43,244 nt of DNA from a virus. Its lineage: Duplodnaviria > Caudoviricetes. The stretch's first letter is position 1. Each line of letters starts with the position of its first letter. The stretch is from positions 1 to 43,244 of IMG/VR virus record IMGVR_UViG_3300047564_002265; one strand, written 5' to 3'. A program made the translations under genes and the position numbers. The notes under the pieces were generated by a model that did not search any database, was not told the origin of the DNA, and worked only from the letters and a program-made list of their open reading frames with translations. This document shows positions 1 to 8,554 of the stretch, in pieces.

Positions 1-168
1 CCCCTTGAACAACTTAGTCTGTTCACCAAGTTTATTATTCAGTTCTACAATATCTGCTTGGAGTAATTGAATTTGTAATGTCAATTGTCCAGAATCAGAG
101 ACTACCGTTGCGAGCTTATTTCGCAAAACACTAATTTGTTCTAACTCTTCTTTTGCAATTTCTGCCAT
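1..168 (-). CDS. Hypothetical coiled-coil protein, 5' part only (runs off the window)
   Basis: Not in the ORF track. ATG at 168 preceded by AAGAGGTT; open frame MAEIAKEELEQISVLRNKLATVVSDSGQLTLQIQLLQADIVELNNKLGEQTKLFKG to the window edge; late-type motif upstream at 204-210. Confidence 0.8.
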   Translation of the reverse strand, partial: MAEIAKEELEQISVLRNKLATVVSDSGQLTLQIQLLQADIVELNNKLGEQTKLFKG

Positions 169-203
169 AATAACCTCTTTTTGTGTATAATACAACTCGT
201 ATA

Positions 204-210
204 ATAAATA
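204..210 (-). promoter_or_regulatory. Putative late promoter motif (coding strand TATTTAT)
   Basis: Plus-strand ATAAATA about 35 nt upstream of the ATG at 168; same motif recurs in most intergenic gaps. Confidence 0.5.
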
Positions 211-234
211 TCTGTTTTTTTACCTAAACATCAA

Positions 235-1014
235 TTATTCACTTTCTATTTCGGTAAAAATCACTGTTTTTTTAACAGAAAATCTTCTTTGTGTAGTCGT
301 GGTTCTATTATTCTGTTTATCCAGTGCTGTCTCTGGTAAGAGATATGCATACACCGTCATATCAAATTGAGTGCGTACCACACGGTCCTCTGTAATCGGT
401 AATTCTGTCATAGGTTCAAATGACTTTACAGAAGTACGGAATTTATAGTTGTTTTGATCACCCCAATATTGGTCAGTTTCGAATGAAATGTTTTCTACTA
501 CAGCATTCATTTGTTCCATATATTCTGTCCAAATCATACAGCGGTATGTGATTTCGTAATAATCTGGAAGCGTAGTGGTGAGATATTCACGACTTGGGGT
601 AATACCATTTTTGACAGCAAATTGGTCATACGGAGTTCGTCTGTTCCATCCCGTTTCAAAGGTCCGTTCAAGGTATTTGTTAACAGGTGAATTGATAATA
701 GACTTCTTCATTCCAGTACGACGAATCATCACCATTGGAAGTTGAATCTTTCCAATAGAATCACGCATGACACCATCTCGTTGTGCTGACTTCCAACGTT
801 CTGGATTACCATAAATAACTGGTACCTTTACTGCTACGTTGTTTTGTGTTACCACAGGCTTAATACGAGTGTTCATATATTGAAGAATCGCATTATCAAT
901 AGTAAATAATGTTACTGCAATTGGCGGTGTACCATTTGACGGAATATCACTAGACCGCAGTTGTACTGGTTTTTCTTGTTGTAAATCCAATCGCTTTATA
1001 GGTGTATCACTCAT
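235..1014 (-). CDS. Tail completion / sheath terminator protein (T4 gp15-like)
   Basis: KVPVIYGNPERW, QLPMVMIRRT, PDYYEITY and EQMNAVVE resemble the gp15 family; follows the neck genes as in T4-like order. Confidence 0.7.
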   Translation of the reverse strand: MSDTPIKRLDLQQEKPVQLRSSDIPSNGTPPIAVTLFTIDNAILQYMNTRIKPVVTQNNVAVKVPVIYGNPERWKSAQRDGVMRDSIGKIQLPMVMIRRTGMKKSIINSPVNKYLERTFETGWNRRTPYDQFAVKNGITPSREYLTTTLPDYYEITYRCMIWTEYMEQMNAVVENISFETDQYWGDQNNYKFRTSVKSFEPMTELPITEDRVVRTQFDMTVYAYLLPETALDKQNNRTTTTQRRFSVKKTVIFTEIESE

Positions 1015-1469
1015 ATTTGTGCTCCCTCAATATCAATACTGGTACGACGAGTCAAATGAGCCATACAAATAATTGCGGTATTAAATCCTGGCTTACCTGC
1101 AATAAGTTGTGTTTCTGTGATATTATGGATTTCATAAAAATGATTATTATATCCGATGATATCACCAATTTCTGGATAGGTCTTTACATCTTGTAACATA
1201 CGACGAGCAAATCTAAATTCAGTTTGTTGGTCTTGATTAACACCAAACCCTTCTTCTCTTACTGGTCTATTTTTATCATATTTTACAATCGCATTCACTT
1301 TCACCGGAGTGTACCGTGGTTTTACTGTACTTTCTCCATATATGTTTACTTTAGCGGATTCTACAATAATTTTATAGAGAACTACCGCCACATCCATCGT
1401 TTCGTCAATCAGTTCCCGAGTGATGTGTTGGATAAATTCAAAATCACGTTGTGTGACGAAGCGTGCCAT
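1011..1469 (-). CDS. Neck / head-completion protein (gp14-like)
   Basis: NIYGES and YPEIGDII...FYEI motifs; lies between gp13-like and gp15-like genes; 4-nt overlap with the next gene. Confidence 0.6.
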   Translation of the reverse strand: MARFVTQRDFEFIQHITRELIDETMDVAVVLYKIIVESAKVNIYGESTVKPRYTPVKVNAIVKYDKNRPVREEGFGVNQDQQTEFRFARRMLQDVKTYPEIGDIIGYNNHFYEIHNITETQLIAGKPGFNTAIICMAHLTRRTSIDIEGAQI

Positions 1470-1472
1470 GTA

Positions 1473-2627
1473 TTAACCTATGTAAATGAGAGTAGGAACA
1501 TTCTTGAACATCTTCTGCATATTTTCTGAATTTTCCATTTGCTTCTTCATTTGTGCTTGCATCCCAGTTTCTTCAAGAGTTTCTCGAAGTTCTTTGATTA
1601 ATCCTTCTTTTTCTGCGATTGCTTCACGACGAAGAATTTCACCATCCAAACGAATTTGTCCGTCTGGGTATGGGATATTTTCGAACTTTGAACGAACAAT
1701 ACCAAGAAGTTCTTTTGCTAATGCAAGCGTGTATCGGAATATCCATAGTCTTGACATATCATTAGTGTTTGTATAATTGATATTGGTATATGGGACATTA
1801 GATAAATCACTTGCGATGTTTGACCCAGATTGAAATGTATTTGCTTGCTTATCATCTACTATCATATAGTCAAACCATATAGTTTTTGATTCTTTAAATA
1901 CTGGTGAGAATCTAATAATATTGTTTGATACTTCGAATCCATATTGACTCTTACGAATCATATCATTGATTTCAATCGCTTGAATACGAAGAAGGTCTTC
2001 GTATGCCGGCATCATCACGAAGGTGACTGGTGGCGAGTATCCATCGAATCCAAATTCTGCCATCAAGTTAGTCAACCCAAGACCGGTTGTTGCGAATGGG
2101 TCATAGTAACGAGCAACTGCAGGTGGCATATAATGGTAGATACGACGAATTTCTAACTTCTTACCACTTTCACTAACATCTGCCCACAACGTTTTAATAT
2201 CATAAGATTGAGTAAATGCAGATGCAGAAATATATCCTTGTTTCACGGTGACATCACCGCCCGATTGTGCTTCTACTCCATAGTCCGTTGCTAACTTTAC
2301 AACTTGTGGAATAACTGAACCTACAATATTACGTTGTGTTGCAGAAGTAGCCGTTGACAATCCTTGTAAGGTCATCATATGTTCACGGGCATTAAATTGA
2401 TTGACTTGATTACCATAGGTGGTAATAGCTTCTTCAAAACATGCATAAATCTGCTTATCAATTAATTCCACTTCTACAACAGGCCATCCTAGCTTTCTTG
2501 CAACAAATTCAGCTGCTCTTGGAGCATCAGCTTGGAATTCAGAATCGCTATCATAAAATCCAAATGGAGTTATTCCAAATGGATTTGAAGGACTGCCATC
2601 ATAGAAAATTGGTTCTTGTGTTTCCAT
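1473..2627 (-). CDS. Neck / head-tail adaptor protein (gp13-like)
   Basis: RKLGWPVVEVELIDKQI..CFEEA at the N-terminus and WIFRYTLALAKELLGIVRSKF..IPYPDGQIRLDGE at the C-terminus; directly downstream of the major capsid gene. Confidence 0.75.
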   Translation of the reverse strand: METQEPIFYDGSPSNPFGITPFGFYDSDSEFQADAPRAAEFVARKLGWPVVEVELIDKQIYACFEEAITTYGNQVNQFNAREHMMTLQGLSTATSATQRNIVGSVIPQVVKLATDYGVEAQSGGDVTVKQGYISASAFTQSYDIKTLWADVSESGKKLEIRRIYHYMPPAVARYYDPFATTGLGLTNLMAEFGFDGYSPPVTFVMMPAYEDLLRIQAIEINDMIRKSQYGFEVSNNIIRFSPVFKESKTIWFDYMIVDDKQANTFQSGSNIASDLSNVPYTNINYTNTNDMSRLWIFRYTLALAKELLGIVRSKFENIPYPDGQIRLDGEILRREAIAEKEGLIKELRETLEETGMQAQMKKQMENSENMQKMFKNVPTLIYIG

Positions 2628-2652
2628 AATAATCTCTAATTAGGGACTTACA

Positions 2653-2660
2653 ATAAATAG
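2653..2660 (-). promoter_or_regulatory. Putative late promoter motif (coding strand CTATTTAT)
   Basis: Plus-strand ATAAATAG about 25 nt upstream of the neck gene ATG, just after the capsid terminator, where re-initiation would be needed. Confidence 0.55.
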
Positions 2661-2692
2661 TTTTATTAAATCATTAACTCTTATTTTAAGGC

Positions 2693-2722
2693 AAATAAAA
2701 AGGGTGACCTTTCGGCCACCCC
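2693..2722 (-). terminator. Rho-independent terminator after the major capsid gene
   Basis: Minus strand GGGGTGGCC-GAAA-GGTCACCCT followed by TTTTATTT, about 27 nt after the capsid stop codon. Confidence 0.9.
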
Positions 2723-2748
2723 ATTTATTCCCACCGTTACTACGAGGA

Positions 2749-4332
2749 TTAGATTAAGTTTAATCCGTCGATGTACACCTTTCCGAAGAATTCTGGGCGT
2801 ACAACCTTCTTTGCGTAACGGGTCATCACACCACGGCGTGGGGTGAAGTTGTTTGGGTCATACACGAGCGGAGTCATGATGAGTGGGATATATGGTGCGT
2901 AGACTGCACCAGTTTCGAGGAAGTTACTTCCACGGAAGCCCATCAACAATGTGTTTTCCTTCATGTATGGGTTCTTGTAAATGGTGTAACGGTTTTGGAA
3001 TGAACCAACCTTGGTTACGCCACCTGCAAATTCCATCTTGTCACCATCTGTGTTTGCCATGAAGCCTGGGATGGTTTCAAGGATTGTTGCGACGGTTGGT
3101 GAACATACTGCGAAGTTTGCACCACCACGCATGGTGAGTTGGTGAATCTTGTTACTGACCTTTTGCATCTTTTGGCCAAGTGTTTGGAACCAGGTCATAT
3201 TGGTCCATGCAGTTCCGGTGTATGATGATGCTGCGAATGCGCCGGTTACTGGATTATATACGGTTCCAATTTGTGCTGACCAGTATTCAGTGGTTTGTGA
3301 TGGTACAGCTGCGATTAACATATCAAGGATTTCGAGGTCGATTTCGGTTGAGATGTAATCACTTAACATTGCTGTTAATTCAGCTTCTGCATCAACACTG
3401 TGGTAAGCGTTCAAGTCTTGAGCAAGTTCTGGTGACCATACTGCCTTCAACTTACGGGTCTTAGCAACGATGGTTTCTGAACGGAGTTCAAGGTCGATTT
3501 GTGGAATGTTCAAGTCAGTATCACTGGTTGCTTCGAAATCACCACGGGTTGAATCGGTTGGTTGCTTACTGTATGCAACTGAGTTGATTTGCTTGCCAGC
3601 TGCTACTGCGGTGTTAACGATGAATACTACGTTTGCACCATCAATCTTGGTGAATTCTGGAAGAACAAGTGCTGCGAAGTCAACTGCTGAACCACTTGGT
3701 ACGAATGAGCGGACTGCGAGCTTGTCAAGATTGGTGAATGAACTTGTTGCAACGGTGTACTTTGAAAGACTGCCGGTTGCTACATAGTCTGCGTTGAAGT
3801 TTACGTCTGCAAATGATGCAGATCCTGGTGCTGCGGTTAACCCGGTTAAGGTTGCATCGTTTACTGAGTAAGCGAATTGACCTGCGCCGTATAAACCACC
3901 TTGGTCACTGTTACCAAAGCCACCGAATGGTGTGGTTAATGCGTTACCATAAAGTGAGGTTCCTGAGGTCTTGCCATTTACGGTTGTGCCGTACTTGAAG
4001 TCCATATAGAACACAAGGCCTGAAGGAAGGTTCATTGGTTGTACTGATACGAAGTTCTTAGCTGCGATTGAGCCGAAGACCTTACGTACTAATGGAAGTG
4101 CTACACCTGCCCATTGTTCACCTGCGGTGCCTGCGAGGTTGGTGTATGAGTTTTCTTGGAGAAGTTGTGAAGCTTGGTTTTCAAGCATTACTGCCATACC
4201 TTGCTTTTCTGCTCCCTTCATGCCTTCAAGAAGGCCTGACTTTTCCCACTTTCCTGCCAATTGGCGGGATTGTTCAACGATAACCTTGTGTGCTGAGCCG
4301 GCTTCGTTGATTAATGAATTTACGTCTGACAT
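2749..4332 (-). CDS. Major capsid protein (T4 gp23-like)
   Basis: VSVQPMNLPSGLVFYMDF, AKTRKLKAVWSPELAQDLNAYHSVDAEAEL, GAVYAPYIPL and FTPRRGVMTRY are gp23 hallmarks; AGGAGA SD. Confidence 0.97.
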   Translation of the reverse strand: MSDVNSLINEAGSAHKVIVEQSRQLAGKWEKSGLLEGMKGAEKQGMAVMLENQASQLLQENSYTNLAGTAGEQWAGVALPLVRKVFGSIAAKNFVSVQPMNLPSGLVFYMDFKYGTTVNGKTSGTSLYGNALTTPFGGFGNSDQGGLYGAGQFAYSVNDATLTGLTAAPGSASFADVNFNADYVATGSLSKYTVATSSFTNLDKLAVRSFVPSGSAVDFAALVLPEFTKIDGANVVFIVNTAVAAGKQINSVAYSKQPTDSTRGDFEATSDTDLNIPQIDLELRSETIVAKTRKLKAVWSPELAQDLNAYHSVDAEAELTAMLSDYISTEIDLEILDMLIAAVPSQTTEYWSAQIGTVYNPVTGAFAASSYTGTAWTNMTWFQTLGQKMQKVSNKIHQLTMRGGANFAVCSPTVATILETIPGFMANTDGDKMEFAGGVTKVGSFQNRYTIYKNPYMKENTLLMGFRGSNFLETGAVYAPYIPLIMTPLVYDPNNFTPRRGVMTRYAKKVVRPEFFGKVYIDGLNLI

Positions 4333-4350
4333 GCTTAATCTCCTATGAGG

Positions 4351-5616
4351 TTAGATAATTCCTGCGAGTTGTTGTAAACGCTTAGCAACAGAGTTTTCTG
4401 CGATAACTGCTGGTGCTTCAGTCTTTGGAGCGGTACTTGGGGTTGCCTTACTTGCGAACCCTTCTGCTACCACCTTACTTGGTGCCTTTGTTGCCTTTAC
4501 TACCTTTGCTGCGGAAGTTAATGTTTCTACCAAAACTGTGTATACCATCTTGATTTCACGAACAGTGGTTGCACGATCGAAGTTTTCTACGACCATTACC
4601 TTTTGTTCAGTAGTCAAACCTTCCTTACGGAAAATCTTATTGGTGTACAAGAGCTTTGCATTGAGAAGATTGACTTCGTGTAGCTTGCCTCGTAGGAGCT
4701 TTACAGCCTGACGATATTCTGCAAGTTCTTTCTCTAGGGATGCCATTTTTTCAGATGATGCCTTATGTTTTTCATCTTCGGCTTCCAATTCTGCGAGAAT
4801 TGCTTCTAAATCAAGTTCTTCTTCGCCTTCTTCTTCGTGACCCTTTTCCATTTCTTCACCTTCCATCTTGTTTACATCTGATGGCTCGGTTACGAAAGTA
4901 TTTACGTCAGCTGCGGTGTGTGCAGCTTCTGTTCCGATATCTGAAGACTTAGCTGGGATTTCTGGCTTTGCAACACCAGCTTCTGGATCTTCTGCTGGAT
5001 ATGCTTCATCTGCCATTTCTTCTTCCTTCTCGTCTTCCTTTTCTTCTTCGTGTTCTTCACCTTCTACTTCTTCCTTCATTTCTTCCTTTTCTTCTTCGTC
5101 ATGTGAGACTTCCTTGAGGTCTGCTTCAAGTTCCTTGATTACTTCATCAAGGTCAAAGTCTGCATCTGACCAATCGTCATACCAATCGGTATCACTTTCG
5201 CCTGCATCTTCACCACTCATGTCGTCATCTGCTGAATCGAATGATGCATCGGATGGTTCCTTATTGTCACCTGCACCGATGTCTGATGAGTCTGCTGGCA
5301 TTTCTGATGAACCTTCTGGTTCGCCATCTTGGAATGGAGTTTCAGTTGCAGCTTCGGTTTCTACCTTCTTTTCTGCAGCTGGAGCTTCATGCTTTTCAGC
5401 TTCTGGTGCTTCCTTCTTTTCCATTTCCTTTTCTTCTTCGTCGTGTTCCATGCCTTCTGCTTCTGCACGAAGACGGCGGGATAACATTGACTTAATTTGG
5501 GGTGTGAACGTTTCTTCTAATGAAAGCTTTGCGTTTTCAATAGCAGTTTGACGAACTGCTTCTGCGTCTGCAATTGCTTCCTTTAAAAGCTTGTTCGTAA
5601 ATTCGAACTCTGCCAT
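4351..5616 (-). CDS. Prohead core scaffolding protein (gp22-like)
   Basis: Highly acidic low-complexity centre with coiled-coil ends (LLKEAIADAEAVRQTAIENAK; EVNLLNAKLLYTNK; RLQQLAGII); immediately upstream of the capsid gene; strong SD. Confidence 0.75.
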   Translation of the reverse strand: MAEFEFTNKLLKEAIADAEAVRQTAIENAKLSLEETFTPQIKSMLSRRLRAEAEGMEHDEEEKEMEKKEAPEAEKHEAPAAEKKVETEAATETPFQDGEPEGSSEMPADSSDIGAGDNKEPSDASFDSADDDMSGEDAGESDTDWYDDWSDADFDLDEVIKELEADLKEVSHDEEEKEEMKEEVEGEEHEEEKEDEKEEEMADEAYPAEDPEAGVAKPEIPAKSSDIGTEAAHTAADVNTFVTEPSDVNKMEGEEMEKGHEEEGEEELDLEAILAELEAEDEKHKASSEKMASLEKELAEYRQAVKLLRGKLHEVNLLNAKLLYTNKIFRKEGLTTEQKVMVVENFDRATTVREIKMVYTVLVETLTSAAKVVKATKAPSKVVAEGFASKATPSTAPKTEAPAVIAENSVAKRLQQLAGII

Positions 5617-5748
5617 AAAGTTTCTCTCCTATGAGAATTAAAATGACTATTATGAGTCATTAACAGATTATATACAACAAAATCACACCCCAAATGAGGT
5701 GTACTATTAAATATATATTACTGTTTTTTGTAAAACATCAATTTTTAG

Positions 5749-5967
5749 TTAAAATGTATTATTGTTCTTTTTCTGCGCCTTACTCTCTTCACGCTTTCTT
5801 CTGCGGAGGGCGTCTTGACTCTTCTTTTGGAGTCTCTTTGATTTCTTTAAATAGAATTCCTTCTTCTTCAAATCTTCCATCAATTCAGCCTTTTTGACTT
5901 GCTTAACGAACTGCTGAAGTGCTCGTTCTAAATCTGACTGCTTATCACCTTTGACTTCAACGTACAT
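5749..5967 (-). CDS. rpsU: Phage-encoded ribosomal protein bS21
   Basis: 72 aa, basic; VEVK..DLERALQQFVKQVKKAELMEDLKKKEFYLKKS matches the bS21 pattern (ExALRRFK+...R+xFYEKP); GGAGGT SD. Confidence 0.85.
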   Translation of the reverse strand: MYVEVKGDKQSDLERALQQFVKQVKKAELMEDLKKKEFYLKKSKRLQKKSQDALRRRKREESKAQKKNNNTF

Positions 5968-5979
5968 ACTACCTCCGGG

Positions 5980-6543
5980 TTACCGAGTAACTAATTTATA
6001 TGCTAATTCTACCATCTTACCGATGGATTCGTTGTAAAACTCTTTTCTATTCTTTGGGGACAGATTGTGTGCCACTGTAATTAATAATTTCGCAGTGTAT
6101 TGGTCTACATAAGTTTCATCAATCTTTGCTGGATTACCAGTCTTTGCTGCATTTAAAATAGATTGAATTTTGTTTTCCATATTAGTATGGAATCCCCAAG
6201 GACCAACATTAAATATTTCTGGACGAACTGTTCTAAACTTTCTCATTAGTTCACCAGCTTTTGCATTTGCTTCGTTTTCTGTATTTGACCCATCTTCGCC
6301 ATTCAATTCTTGTCCATCTTCACGTTGTTTGTGATGCACCAATTCGTGAGCTAACGTACGTAATACATCGATAGGATGACGTTGCCCCTTGACTACAACG
6401 ATTTCATCAGTAGAAGGATTGTAAGTTCCAAATGTTAAATGTTGCGCAGAATAATCATCACCTTCGAACTTAATGCTCTTAGGTAATGATTTTAATCCCA
6501 ATTCTTTAATGGTAAACTTAACAAATTCCTTCGCTAGTTTCAT
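5980..6543 (-). CDS. Zincin-type (HExxH) metallopeptidase domain protein
   Basis: LRTLAHELVHHKQ followed by ENEANAKAG (third ligand Glu); separate helical C-terminal domain. Confidence 0.75.
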   Translation of the reverse strand: MKLAKEFVKFTIKELGLKSLPKSIKFEGDDYSAQHLTFGTYNPSTDEIVVVKGQRHPIDVLRTLAHELVHHKQREDGQELNGEDGSNTENEANAKAGELMRKFRTVRPEIFNVGPWGFHTNMENKIQSILNAAKTGNPAKIDETYVDQYTAKLLITVAHNLSPKNRKEFYNESIGKMVELAYKLVTR

Positions 6544-7127
6544 TTTACTTCACTAAGGAAATCGTATACAAGAGAATCGATACGTGAGTATTGAGTAACG
6601 ATTTGTGCCTTCTTACTTTCGTTGATGAATGCACCGTGGGTACTTGGGTTACTAACGATATCAAAACAGATAAGTGCGAAGTCATCACCAACTTCTACAG
6701 TATTTTCACCGATTGATTTGACCGACCCCATACCACGGGAAGATACACCAAGACGGATATTGTTCTTGATGAGTTCACGCACAATATTACCAGATGGGGT
6801 CGAAAGAATTTCAATATTTCCACGAACGTCTTGACCTTCGAACCATAATTCGGTCACATTGCAACATACGTTCTTAAGGTTGACTACTGGACTTTCTGGA
6901 TGGTCGAGTTCGCCAAGCGCACGGCGTTGTGTAACGAAGTTTTCTTTGTAAAGTCCAGCTTCACGTTGTAATACTTCACGCGGGTAAATACGTCCGTTTT
7001 GGTTCTTTGCTTCAGCACGTTGAAGAAGGACATTCTTTAACATCAATGGCTTACTAACATCAGCCGCTTCAGCTAATAAATCCTTTCCGTATTCAATGAC
7101 ATTATATTCAACTAATAAGTTCTTCAT
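6540..7127 (-). CDS. Prohead maturation protease (T4 gp21-like)
   Basis: KNQNGRIYP, ALGELDHP (catalytic His), GVSSRGMGS (catalytic Ser), FDIVSNPS. Confidence 0.95.
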   Translation of the reverse strand: MKNLLVEYNVIEYGKDLLAEAADVSKPLMLKNVLLQRAEAKNQNGRIYPREVLQREAGLYKENFVTQRRALGELDHPESPVVNLKNVCCNVTELWFEGQDVRGNIEILSTPSGNIVRELIKNNIRLGVSSRGMGSVKSIGENTVEVGDDFALICFDIVSNPSTHGAFINESKKAQIVTQYSRIDSLVYDFLSEVK

Positions 7128-7128
7128 A

Positions 7129-7617
7129 TTACTTTCCTCTGATGTCCCGTACTTTACCGGCGAGGTGAAGTAACCGTGCTTCGAGTTTTAAAAGTCCTTG
7201 TTGGGTACGACGATAGAGTGCTTCACTAGCAATTCCAGATTCCTTTTGTAAACGAGTGTTCATCTTTAACACTCTTTCCATTTCTTCAAGACTACGATTG
7301 ACTTCTGAGATGGCCTTGGCAATCTTTTGTGTTGGAGTTGCACTTTCATCCTTCTTATATTCGTGATACCGTACCTTTGCTTCTGCAAGATTTTCTAGTT
7401 TATCTGCTGGGCGGTTTAAATCCTTTTCACCTTTAGGAGTTAATTGCATTCCTAATTGTGTTGCAATACCCTTCTTACGTGCCTTATTCTTAGGATTATT
7501 TCCTTGAAATGCCATAGGAATATTGTACCCAGCAACATTTGCTGTGGTTGTAATTTCATCTAGTTCTTCTTGTAACATTTTACGAATAATAGAGCGGAGT
7601 TTTTCTTCGTTTGTCAT
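7129..7617 (-). CDS. Hypothetical head-associated protein with protease-type leader
   Basis: Leader LRSIIRKMLQEELDE followed by ITTTANVAGYNIPMAF; coiled-coil C-terminus; lies between portal and protease. Confidence 0.6.
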   Translation of the reverse strand: MTNEEKLRSIIRKMLQEELDEITTTANVAGYNIPMAFQGNNPKNKARKKGIATQLGMQLTPKGEKDLNRPADKLENLAEAKVRYHEYKKDESATPTQKIAKAISEVNRSLEEMERVLKMNTRLQKESGIASEALYRRTQQGLLKLEARLLHLAGKVRDIRGK

Positions 7618-8486
7618 AATGACTTAAGCTCCTTAAGAATTTCATATCCAATCAACATCGCAGTCATGTGGTTTTCCTTAATCACAACAGCACTTTGTAC
7701 CTTTTGAAGTTGAGACACCACTTCCGATAACTTAATACGAACAACTTTATCTGATACCTTCTTACTGTGTTGTGCGATTTCCTTTGCTAATCTACGACTT
7801 TCACCTTGGGTGTATGTCTTTAACTTAGATGTGTTAGAAATGTTATAGATATATTCTTGTAATAATTTCTTTTGTGCTTCGTCCAGTCTCTTATACTTTT
7901 CATTAAAACGTTCAACTAAAATTTTATAAGAAAGGAAACGGATATCATCATCTTGACTACGGACGATAGATGCTAATTCATTATGCTCTTTGATTTCTTT
8001 TGTAAGAATCTTACCAGAAAGATGTTCTACAATGGTGAATTGACTGTTTGCTAACTCTTCAATAGTTGTGGTGTCATTGATTCCGTTAGTTGCTGCATCA
8101 AAACTCTTGTAGATTGATGCGTAAATTTTATACGATGGAATACGTGCTGCAAAGAATTCTTTCAAGTCAAAGTTCTTTTTAATTTCTTTAATTAAAAGGT
8201 ATTTTTGAGTGTCTAATGCGTGTTGGTCGAGGTTCTTTCGTTGTTCGGTAACTAACTTCAACAATTGAAACGACTTTTGCTCAGATAGGTTCTGAACATT
8301 GAAAAATGCGCGGTATAACATAAGTTCCTTCCCCAATTCTTTTTTGGAATTGAAGAATTCACGCATTAACTTAACAGCTGCTCCATCTTTCTTGTTTTCC
8401 ATCACATCAGATGTGATTTGACGGACTAACAATTCAAAAAGGATACCGGTGTTTCTCAACTTATTATGCTTAATACTTGATTTCAT
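7614..8486 (-). CDS. Hypothetical helical protein of the head module
   Basis: 290-aa ORF starting KHNKLRNTGILFELLVRQITSD; ATGA overlap with the next gene; own upstream motif. Confidence 0.7.
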   Translation of the reverse strand: MKSSIKHNKLRNTGILFELLVRQITSDVMENKKDGAAVKLMREFFNSKKELGKELMLYRAFFNVQNLSEQKSFQLLKLVTEQRKNLDQHALDTQKYLLIKEIKKNFDLKEFFAARIPSYKIYASIYKSFDAATNGINDTTTIEELANSQFTIVEHLSGKILTKEIKEHNELASIVRSQDDDIRFLSYKILVERFNEKYKRLDEAQKKLLQEYIYNISNTSKLKTYTQGESRRLAKEIAQHSKKVSDKVVRIKLSEVVSQLQKVQSAVVIKENHMTAMLIGYEILKELKSL

Positions 8487-8508
8487 AAAAATAATCCGCC
8501 ATAAGTGA

Positions 8509-8543
8509 ATAAATACCTTATCATATATTAAATAGTATGATAA
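8509..8543 (-). promoter_or_regulatory. Two late-type motifs, the distal one in the loop of an 8-bp inverted repeat
   Basis: ATAAATA at 8509-8515; TTATCATA-tattaaatag-TATGATAA at 8518-8543. Confidence 0.5.
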
Positions 8544-8554
8544 TTCCCACTTCG

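Noticed and set aside
4860-5460. TCT/TTC-rich quasi-repeats
   Set aside because: Explained by Glu/Lys codon runs in the acidic scaffold protein; not a DNA repeat element.
5694-5897. Plus-strand 67-aa ORF opposite bS21
   Set aside because: Antisense to a recognisable gene; no SD or motif support.
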